This document shows, in pieces, positions 1 through 7,026 of a DNA stretch of 64,000 bases. How positions within the stretch are numbered: position 1 is the first letter of the stretch; each line of letters opens with the position of its first letter. Position numbers and translations under genes: made by a program. This DNA is from Treponemataceae bacterium. GTDB lineage: Bacteria; Spirochaetota; Spirochaetia; Treponematales; Treponemataceae. A model generated the notes under the pieces. It made no database searches. It was not told the origin of the DNA and was given only the letters and a program-made list of their open reading frames with translations. The stretch lies in NCBI GenBank assembly GCA_024402495.1, contig JAKSTR010000002.1:16708-80707 (forward strand), in the 5' to 3' direction.

Positions 1-74
1 ACTGTTACGGCAATGCCCATCGCAAGTCCTACAGCCTTAAAAATCAGATTGATTAATTCTTTCAAGTTTTTCAT
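1..74 (-). CDS. 5' end of a small hydrophobic protein; the gene runs off the left edge
   Basis: ATG at 74 is preceded by AAGGAG (rc of 81-86). It reads MKNLKELINLIFKAVGLAMGIAVT and stays open to the window edge. Confidence 0.4.
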   Translation of the reverse strand, partial: MKNLKELINLIFKAVGLAMGIAVT

Positions 75-87
75 TTGTTTCTCCTTT

Positions 88-102
88 GCAAGTTATGCTT
101 GC
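88..102. promoter_or_regulatory. palindrome GCAAGTTATGCTTGC, operator-like
   Basis: 5-bp arms GCAAG/CTTGC lie 14 nt upstream of the ATG at 74. A related CAAGCATAAGTTGC occurs at 159-172. Confidence 0.25.
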
Positions 103-200
103 ATTGTACAAATGTTTTTATTGAAAAGAAATAAGCAAAAACGTAAGTTGCCGCTTTACAAGCATAAGTTGCCGCTAAACTGAAAGAAAGTGAAATTACA

Positions 201-248
201 GAAAAAAAATATGAAAAAAAATATGAAAAAAAATATGAAAAAAAATAT
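201..248. repeat. perfect tandem repeat, 4 x 12 bp (GAAAAAAAATAT)
   Basis: Read directly: units at 201-212, 213-224, 225-236 and 237-248. Confidence 0.9.
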
Positions 249-321
249 TTTTGCCAGCCTCAGAACCTGCCCGGCAAAGGATTTCCGGTTTTTTGGGGCG
301 CAGTTTTGTTCCGTTTAATGC

Positions 322-372
322 AAAAAAACGCGCCACCCGATAAAGCTGATGCCGGGCGGCGCGCTTTTTTTT
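322..372. terminator. bidirectional rho-independent terminator downstream of the acyl-CoA ligase gene
   Basis: Stem CGCGCCACCCG (329-339) pairs with CGGGCGGCGCG (353-363) at 10 of 11 bp. It is flanked by A7 (322-328) and T8 (365-372). Confidence 0.7.
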
Positions 373-408
373 GCTGGCTATAAAAATTGCAGTTTTATGG
401 AAATATTT

Positions 409-2142
409 CTATTTCTTATAGTTGCGTTTAACTTTTTGGGTCGTGGTCATTTCCAAAGGTTTTTCAAGAATTGTAATTTTTGAAACCTTTTGATAAGACT
501 GCAAGTTTTTGTTTACTTTTTCAACAATACCGGCAATTTCTGCATAGATTTTGTCTTTTGCGCCTGCATCGTTGCGGGCAACATTAAGGCGCTTAATCAG
601 TTCATCTGCCGGATAAATCTGGGCTTCTATGCCTTCGCTTTTGGAACCGGCTTCAATTTCGTAGCCGACAACGGTAATCTGATTGATGTCGTTGTAATAA
701 AGCTGAAAAGCGTTTTCTATTTCTTCAGGGTAAACGTTTTTGCCGCCGGCTGTAACGATAAGGTTTTTGGCTCTGCCGCAAAGGTAAAGATAATGCTCGT
801 CGTCAATCCAGCCCAAATCGCCGGTTTTCAAAAAGCCGTCGTCTGTAAACATGGCTTTTGTTTCTTCCGGCATATTGTAATAACCCTGCATTACCATAGG
901 GCCTTTTATTACAACTTCGCCAACGCCTTTTTCGTCGGCATCAATGATTTTCATTTCTTCGTAAGGCGCAAAATCGCGTCCAACGCTTTCAATCTTAAAG
1001 TGTTCTACCGGGTTAAGCGCAATAATCGGCGAAGTTTCCGTCAAGCCGTAACCCTGAATAAAGTCAATTCCCAGTTCCTGATATGTGCGGAAAACGTTTG
1101 CAGCCAAAGGACCGCCGCCGCAAATTGCAACGCGTACCGTGCTGATGCTGGCTTTATCAAGCACGGCTTTGAACATTGCCTTGCCTGCATTAATTTTGAA
1201 AACCTTTTTTAGAAGATATGAAATACCCATTAAAAATTTCAGCAAGCCGTAAACAACCGGGCCTTTTGCCTTAATTCCTTTAACGATTCCGGCTAAAAGC
1301 TTGTTGTACAAAAGCGGAACGCCAAGCATAAGGGTAATTTTTCCGTCTTTCAGTTCTTTAAGCATTTTGGTAACAGCCATCGATTTGCCGAAAACAACTT
1401 CTGCGCCAACAGAAAGCGGTTCAATAAAGGCTGCCTGCATTGTGTATGCGTGGTGAATTGGCAATAGCGCGTAAAAAACGTCGGTTGGCAAAAGTTTAAG
1501 GTTGCACTGGGCAATAAAACAGTCGCTTACAAGGTTTTTGTGGCTAAGCATTACGCCTTTTGGCGTGCCGGTTGTGCCGGAAGTAAACAGAATTGCTGCG
1601 GTGTCGTTTTCTTCTGCCGGGTGCATCTCGTAAGTCTGGCTGGTGCTAAGGTTGTAAACGTAGGTTTCTGCTATTTTTTTATTAAGCGAAAATATTTTTG
1701 CTCCGCACGGGTTTTTGCAGAAATAGTCATATTTTTCTTCGTCTACAAAGAAAAGTTTTGGTTTTGCGGTATTTAAAAGATTTGTGGTTTCGGCTTCGTG
1801 CAAACCGTAGTCAATCGGTACAATAATTGCGCCAATAAAACCGGCGGTAAAATAAACCAGACCCCATTCCGGCGAGTTTTTGCCCGAAACAGCAACGCAG
1901 TCGCCTTTATCAACGCCCTGACTCCGCATCCACTGGGCAAGCTGCAAAATCTTGGCATAAACCTGCGCATAAGTTAATGTTATGCGGTCCGGGTCAAATT
2001 CTGTAAAACAGGGGCGTTCACCGTAAAGCTGGGCATTCATTGCAAAAAGTTCGCTAAGTGTCGGCCATTCCCCTTTAAAAGCCGATCCGCGGTGTTTGTC
2101 CAAAACGTCCCATGTCCAGGGGCGCTGCTGTTTGTTTTTCAT
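409..2142 (-). CDS. long-chain fatty-acid-CoA ligase / AMP-dependent synthetase
   Basis: 577-aa ORF with the AMP-binding signature LFTSGTTGTPKGV. SD GAGGAAAGAGGA lies upstream of ATG 2142. Confidence 0.9.
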   Translation of the reverse strand: MKNKQQRPWTWDVLDKHRGSAFKGEWPTLSELFAMNAQLYGERPCFTEFDPDRITLTYAQVYAKILQLAQWMRSQGVDKGDCVAVSGKNSPEWGLVYFTAGFIGAIIVPIDYGLHEAETTNLLNTAKPKLFFVDEEKYDYFCKNPCGAKIFSLNKKIAETYVYNLSTSQTYEMHPAEENDTAAILFTSGTTGTPKGVMLSHKNLVSDCFIAQCNLKLLPTDVFYALLPIHHAYTMQAAFIEPLSVGAEVVFGKSMAVTKMLKELKDGKITLMLGVPLLYNKLLAGIVKGIKAKGPVVYGLLKFLMGISYLLKKVFKINAGKAMFKAVLDKASISTVRVAICGGGPLAANVFRTYQELGIDFIQGYGLTETSPIIALNPVEHFKIESVGRDFAPYEEMKIIDADEKGVGEVVIKGPMVMQGYYNMPEETKAMFTDDGFLKTGDLGWIDDEHYLYLCGRAKNLIVTAGGKNVYPEEIENAFQLYYNDINQITVVGYEIEAGSKSEGIEAQIYPADELIKRLNVARNDAGAKDKIYAEIAGIVEKVNKNLQSYQKVSKITILEKPLEMTTTQKVKRNYKK

Positions 2143-2193
2143 TTTTCCTCTTTCCTCACTTTATGTTTTGCAAAAACTGCATAAATTCTGACA

Positions 2194-2212
2194 TATATTA
2201 TAGAAGAAAGTT
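2194..2212. repeat. 19-mer TATATTATAGAAGAAAGTT, copy 1 of 2 (second copy at 17881-17899)
   Basis: Identical 19 nt occur in two divergent intergenic regions. The motif contains TATAAT on the minus strand (2197-2202). Confidence 0.85.
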
Positions 2213-2346
2213 GCACAGTTCACAAACAGTATTTTTGACAATGCAAGGAAATAAACAGCCCGAATTGATGATAAAATAGTTTATGCTGAACAACTGAAAA
2301 TTTCACAAATGGTCGATAATAAAAAAGATACAATTTGGGGGCTTGC

Positions 2347-3786
2347 ATGAAAAAACAACATTTTCACCTTATCATTTGTTTTTCTTTTTTTATTTTTTGT
2401 ATTTTGCAAACAGCTTGCGGTCTTACGCCCCAGGAACAGCGTGAACGATTTATAGAACAGTGCAAATCTTATCTTGGAACGCCTTACAAATACGGCGGTA
2501 CAACCAAAAAAGGCATGGACTGTTCCGGTTTTATTTTTACTTCCGCCAAAGAATCTTTGGGTTTAAATTTGCCCCGCCGTTCCGAAGATTTGTACAACAG
2601 CCTGGAACATATTGAAAAAGGCGATTTGCAGCCCGGCGACCTTATATTTTTTAAGGCAACAGACCGCATAAACCATGCCGCGGTTTATTTGGGCGACAAT
2701 ACTTTTATTCATTCCGCCAGCGACGGTCCTAAAACCGGCGTTATAATTTCCAACCTTGACGAAAGTTACTGGAAGCAGACTTATGCAGGCTGTGCCCAGC
2801 TTTTGCCAAAAATGAGCGAACAGGAACTGGCAAGCCTTTTGAAAGGTGAAAAAAAAACAGCAGACGAAAATCCAGAGCCTGAAAAAGCAGAAACAGAAGA
2901 AATTCAGGTAGCAAAAACCGCAGAAAAAACAAATGCGCAGGCAAATACCCAAAAAGAAGCAGTTGAAACTGTACCGGATTCGCCGGTTGTTATGAAAGAA
3001 AACAAAACAGGTGGCGGCGGTACAAAGGCTTTGCGTATTGAACCGCGGCAGGAAAACGAAAATATGGAAGAAGTTGCCCAAGTTCAAAGCGCGCCAAAAG
3101 CCGAAGAACAGACTGCGCCGGTATCGCTGAAAAAAGCAGAAACCGCCGCCGTGCTGGAAGAAGAAGATGATGAAACTTTTACCGCCGTTGTTTTTGAAAA
3201 ATACAGCGAAAAAATAGAAGAATCGGCGGCTGAACAGACCGCGTTGCCGGCAGAACAGGTGCAGGCTTCAGAACCGGTTTTGGCAGAAAAAGCTGAAAAA
3301 TCTGCAAAAACGGCTGCGGAAGAAACAGAACCGGCAAAAGTAAACCTTGCCGACGCGTTGCCAATACCGGAAGCCGGGCAAAAAACCGCAAGTGCAGAAA
3401 ATGCTGAAAAATCTGCCGATATTGATGTGACCGTAAACGCAGCACCGGCACAAACTGCGCAAAACATTCAGAATGTTCAGCCTGCACAAACTGCTCCAGC
3501 CGAAGAACCCGTACAGATGGCAAGAACAGCTGCGCCGGTGCAAAATACTCAGGAATCGGAAAAAGTTTCCTATGCGCTGCCGGTTGCAGAACCCGTATCA
3601 ATGGAAAAATTTGAAGAACCTGCGCAGCCGGTACAAACCGCGCAGGCTTCAAAAACGGTTCAGGCAGCGCCGGTACCAGCTGCAAATAACGCCGCAGGCG
3701 CGGTCAACAGCCACGCACCGCAGCAAACCGTAGTTGCCCAGCCGCAGCTTAATGTAACTATTTCTGTAGAAGGTTTTATTTATTAG
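2347..3786 (+). CDS. NlpC/P60-family cell-wall endopeptidase lipoprotein with a long low-complexity tail
   Basis: Start taken as ATG 2347 (the track ORF begins at TTG 2335). Lipobox LQTAC. Catalytic core GMDCSGF ... HAAVYLG ... IHSAS. The C-terminal ~330 aa are E/A/K/P/Q/T-rich. Confidence 0.85.
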   Translation: MKKQHFHLIICFSFFIFCILQTACGLTPQEQRERFIEQCKSYLGTPYKYGGTTKKGMDCSGFIFTSAKESLGLNLPRRSEDLYNSLEHIEKGDLQPGDLIFFKATDRINHAAVYLGDNTFIHSASDGPKTGVIISNLDESYWKQTYAGCAQLLPKMSEQELASLLKGEKKTADENPEPEKAETEEIQVAKTAEKTNAQANTQKEAVETVPDSPVVMKENKTGGGGTKALRIEPRQENENMEEVAQVQSAPKAEEQTAPVSLKKAETAAVLEEEDDETFTAVVFEKYSEKIEESAAEQTALPAEQVQASEPVLAEKAEKSAKTAAEETEPAKVNLADALPIPEAGQKTASAENAEKSADIDVTVNAAPAQTAQNIQNVQPAQTAPAEEPVQMARTAAPVQNTQESEKVSYALPVAEPVSMEKFEEPAQPVQTAQASKTVQAAPVPAANNAAGAVNSHAPQQTVVAQPQLNVTISVEGFIY

Positions 3787-3787
3787 T

Positions 3788-4531
3788 ATGATTAAACTTA
3801 ACCGGGGTAAATACCCAAAATATTTCGTTCTTGCGGCTGTATTAGCCGGCGCTATTCTTTTCAGTTCTTGCAGCACATCGGTTGCACTTATTGCAGGTCA
3901 AAACAATTCCGGCGAAGTTTCCTTGCAGACCAAATTAAGCCCGTCGGTAATGTCGGTGGTAAGCGCATTAAGCGGTGCTTCTTCTACCGAAGCCCTGTTT
4001 GACAAAGACCAGATTGTTCAGTCGCTTAAAAAAACAGGCTATACCGTTTCCGGCGTGCGTTTTCCTGCGCGCAATACATTAACAATCAACACCCAGACGG
4101 CAAAATTAACCGACATGCTGCCTAATTCCAAAGACTTTGTAAGCCTTAAAAAAGACGGCAAAATTAACGATATGGTTATAAATCTTTCGCCTGCAAACAT
4201 AAAAAAGGCCGTTGACCTTATGCCGGAAGAAACCGCCTTGTATCTGGACCTTTTGTTTGCGCCGATTTTTACCGGCGAAGCAATGAGCGCAGACGAATAT
4301 ACCGAATTGATTGCAATGGCTTACGGCGATAACGTTGCCGCGGACTTGAAAAAATCAATTGTTACCATTCAGTTTGACGTGCCGGGGCAAATCGTTTCGG
4401 CAGAATTAACTAACAATGACAAAAATACAATAAGCATTGATGCCAAGTTTATAAAAATGTCTATGCCGCTGGTAGAAATGCTTACAAACTTAAAAGGCAA
4501 TGTTTGCCGCATAAGATGGACTGAAGAATAA
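3788..4531 (+). CDS. hypothetical lipoprotein
   Basis: 247-aa ORF with a signal peptide and lipobox LFSSC. It starts 1 nt after the previous stop. Confidence 0.75.
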   Translation: MIKLNRGKYPKYFVLAAVLAGAILFSSCSTSVALIAGQNNSGEVSLQTKLSPSVMSVVSALSGASSTEALFDKDQIVQSLKKTGYTVSGVRFPARNTLTINTQTAKLTDMLPNSKDFVSLKKDGKINDMVINLSPANIKKAVDLMPEETALYLDLLFAPIFTGEAMSADEYTELIAMAYGDNVAADLKKSIVTIQFDVPGQIVSAELTNNDKNTISIDAKFIKMSMPLVEMLTNLKGNVCRIRWTEE

Positions 4532-4764
4532 TGACAGAGCTGGAAAATGAACAGATAGCTGAACTTAACAGCCGAATGACGGAAATTGAAATAAAATTCA
4601 GCTATCTGGAAGATTTTTTGAACAAATTGCAGAACATTGCCGTAGAACACGACAAAACAATAGACCAGCTGAAAGCCGAAAACCTCATTTTGAAGCAGAA
4701 AGTGCGGGAACTGGTAGAAGCACAGGAAGGCGACATTCCAAACCGCCGTCCTCCGCATTATTAA
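4531..4764 (+). CDS. slyX: SlyX-family coiled-coil protein
   Basis: 77 aa with a heptad-like coiled coil. It ends in RRPPHY, like E. coli SlyX (...PPPHY). TAATG overlap with the upstream gene. Confidence 0.75.
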   Translation: MTELENEQIAELNSRMTEIEIKFSYLEDFLNKLQNIAVEHDKTIDQLKAENLILKQKVRELVEAQEGDIPNRRPPHY

Positions 4765-4782
4765 TACAAAAGGAAAAAAGCC

Positions 4783-6072
4783 GTGTTTGCGCCGCATATA
4801 ATTACATTTAAAGATTCTGTTACAGAAATTCGTAAAGAACGTTTTGCCGATTCCGAATGTCAGGCTGTTCAAATGCCTGCAACTGTTAATTTAATTGGCG
4901 AACGCGCTTTTGCAAACTGTACGCAGCTTACCCATCTGCTTATTGGCGAAGGCGTAACTGTGATTGAACCTTATGCTTTTGCCGGCTGCACGGCTTTAAC
5001 GCAGGTAATCATTCCGGCAAATGTAATTGAAATTGGTGAAGGCGCTTTTGCAGGATGCTTAAACCTGCGCTACGTGTGCATTTTTGCCGATTTGCAGGTT
5101 TTGCCCAAATATCTTTTTAAGGACTGCCAGAATCTTTGCAAAATCGTTTTGCCGCAAAACCTTATCCGCATTGAATATCAGGCGCTGGCTGGCTGCAAAA
5201 GTCTGGCAAGCGTTAATTTAAGCGAAAGTGTTACCGAAATTGACACCGACGCCTTTGACCGCAGTACAAAAATTGTTACAAAATACGAAAAACCTTTGGT
5301 TCACGCTCACACCACAATAGAAAACGCGCCAGTCAAAAGCGACGTAGATATTCCGGCGTGTCTTCGCACCCAAAACCAGAACTATCATCCCCAGCCGCAA
5401 AATAATTTTGCAGGTACATCCGGTACTGACAATAATGTTCAGCTTTTTGCCAACAGCGGCACTTTTGCAAATTACAGGCAGGCAGAAAATTATGCAAGCG
5501 CACCGGAATATGCGCCAAGTGCAAAACCGCCGGTACAGAATAATTATGCGCCCCAAAACATGCAGAACCAGCTGTATGCGCAAAGCAGTTTTTTCGTTTC
5601 AAATGCAAACGCAGCTGCGGCACAAAACGAAGAAGATTTGGAAGTGCCGGCATATTTGCGCAAACCTTTGCCAAATACCAGTCTGCAAAAACCGGTTGGA
5701 CGCGGCATGGCGTTTTCTCCGGTCAATCAGCCGGTTATGCAAACCAGCCCAAACAGTTCCGGCAGCCAGCCCGGCAGCGATGACGATTTGCAGTACGAAA
5801 TTCCTGCGTGCTTGCGCCAAAAGCCTGAACAGAATTACCAGCCGCAGCAAAACCGGCAGCCGCATCCGGCTTTTACCCGGCAAAATCAGCCGTTACAAAA
5901 CCAGCAGGGCACCAGCTTTTTTGAAGCCGTAAAAAATTATTCCGGGGCTGCCGTTACCGATGTAACAGACCAGTTTTTAGGTACAGCTGCCACGCCAAAA
6001 AACGCAGCGCCTTCTTCCGCCGGCGACACCCTAAGCGACAAAGCCCAAAACGGCATAACCCTGAACTTTTAA
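4783..6072 (+). CDS. cytoplasmic BspA/LRR_5-type leucine-rich-repeat protein with a Q/N/P-rich tail carrying three FtsZ-C-terminal-peptide-like motifs
   Basis: GTG start with AAAGGA SD and no signal peptide. Repeats of the form IGERAFANCTQLTHLLI, IEPYAFAGCTALTQVII and IGEGAFAGCLNLRYVCI. Motifs at 5338-5367, 5629-5661 and 5779-5817. Confidence 0.8.
   Translation: MFAPHIITFKDSVTEIRKERFADSECQAVQMPATVNLIGERAFANCTQLTHLLIGEGVTVIEPYAFAGCTALTQVIIPANVIEIGEGAFAGCLNLRYVCIFADLQVLPKYLFKDCQNLCKIVLPQNLIRIEYQALAGCKSLASVNLSESVTEIDTDAFDRSTKIVTKYEKPLVHAHTTIENAPVKSDVDIPACLRTQNQNYHPQPQNNFAGTSGTDNNVQLFANSGTFANYRQAENYASAPEYAPSAKPPVQNNYAPQNMQNQLYAQSSFFVSNANAAAAQNEEDLEVPAYLRKPLPNTSLQKPVGRGMAFSPVNQPVMQTSPNSSGSQPGSDDDLQYEIPACLRQKPEQNYQPQQNRQPHPAFTRQNQPLQNQQGTSFFEAVKNYSGAAVTDVTDQFLGTAATPKNAAPSSAGDTLSDKAQNGITLNF
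5338..5817 (+). other. three copies of the peptide motif D-x-[DE]-[IV]-P-A-[CY]-L-R inside the LRR protein tail
   Basis: SDVDIPACLR (5338-5367), EEDLEVPAYLR (5629-5661), DDDLQYEIPACLR (5779-5817). Compare the E. coli FtsZ C-terminus DYLDIPAFLRKQ. Confidence 0.8.
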
Positions 6073-6091
6073 ATAGCAAAAACCCATAAAA

Positions 6092-6128
6092 AAAAGCCCA
6101 AAACCTTTTTGCAAGTTTTTGGGCTTTT
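6092..6128. terminator. bidirectional terminator between convergent genes
   Basis: 12-bp stem AAAAGCCCAAAA / TTTTGGGCTTTT with a 13-nt loop. The A/T runs are part of the stem and flanks. Confidence 0.7.
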
Positions 6129-6145
6129 TGCATATTTCTAAGTGG

Positions 6146-6610
6146 TTATGGATTTGGTGGGTTAAACATGTCGTCAAACTGTTGACCTGTTTTACCTACA
6201 ATTGTTGTGGCATTACATTTTTTCAAATCACCAAAACCTGTAACTGTCATTATGTCGCCGTTGATAGTACCAGTTAAAATGCCGCCTGTGCCGTCCATTG
6301 TTATTTTAACTTCATTGTCATTGGCTGTATATGTACCAGCTTTTACACCTGTATATTCATCTGTTATATAAAAATAGGTTGATTTATCAAATGTGAAAAC
6401 CAAATAAGATTTTCCTGATGTAAAATAAAGACCAGTGCAAACCAAAGCAGAAGGGTTGTTTAAATCGTCTTTATCAACCCAAACGCCGGCTGCATTGTCA
6501 ACAGTTGTTGTTGTGCTGTCTTTGCTGTCTCCGCCACCGCCGCCTTTACAGCTGGCAAAAAGCATTGCTAATGCTGCCAAAACACAAAAAATAATTACAT
6601 TTTTCTTCAT
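6146..6610 (-). CDS. small hypothetical lipoprotein
   Basis: 154 aa with a signal peptide, lipobox LFASC and a G5 linker. SD AGGAAA. Confidence 0.8.
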   Translation of the reverse strand: MKKNVIIFCVLAALAMLFASCKGGGGGDSKDSTTTTVDNAAGVWVDKDDLNNPSALVCTGLYFTSGKSYLVFTFDKSTYFYITDEYTGVKAGTYTANDNEVKITMDGTGGILTGTINGDIMTVTGFGDLKKCNATTIVGKTGQQFDDMFNPPNP

Positions 6611-6658
6611 TTTTGTTTCCTTTTTTTATAAAATCATTTTGGTTATAAAAGTGCGCGA

Positions 6659-6689
6659 ATTATACCCCCCCCCGGTAATTTTTTGTCAA
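6659..6689 (-). promoter_or_regulatory. consensus sigma-70 promoter TTGACA-N19-TATAAT with a G9 homopolymer in the spacer (phase-variation candidate)
   Basis: Minus strand: TTGACA (6689-6684), spacer aaaaattaccGGGGGGGGG (G9 = 6673-6665), TATAAT (6664-6659). The site lies 48 nt upstream of ATG 6610. Confidence 0.6.
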
Positions 6690-6857
6690 TCAAAAGTTTT
6701 TACAACGCCTAAAGAAAAAAATTGTAGAAAAATATGTTAATTTCAATAAATTACGCAAAAAAATAGCACAATCTTGCAACAATCTTTAGATTTTTATACT
6801 CTTAAATCATCTTTAATTACGAGTTTATATTATCTAGCCTGAATATCTTTTTATAAA

Positions 6858-6965
6858 TGTACATAAAACGGCTGTAGGCAGGCTCAGCCATGAAAAAAAA
6901 TACGCTGTGCGAAGCACGAGTCTTTTTTTCATGGTGGGGACTGCCGAGAGGCTGTTTTATGTACA
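6858..6965 (+). promoter_or_regulatory. 108-nt imperfect hairpin with a terminator-like tip in the alpha-2-macroglobulin 5' region (attenuator or small-RNA candidate)
   Basis: Outer arms TGTACATAAAAC / GTTTTATGTACA. Inner arms CCATGAAAAAAA / TTTTTTTCATGG. The tip GTGC-GAA-GCAC is flanked by A8 and T7. Confidence 0.4.
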
Positions 6966-7026
6966 ATTTAGCAAATTCAACATTTAGGCTAAGTTAAAAT
7001 GAAAAAAAACAAGAGGAGGGGAAATT

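Noticed and set aside
201-248. The tandem 12-mer array as a CRISPR array
   Set aside because: The units are contiguous with no spacers and are only 12 bp long. No cas genes are present. It is a simple microsatellite-type repeat.
2849-2857. A9 run inside the NlpC/P60 gene as a phase-variation site
   Set aside because: It lies in the low-complexity tail after the catalytic domain (GEKKT). A frameshift would only trim the tail. A/T runs of this length are common in this AT-leaning genome.
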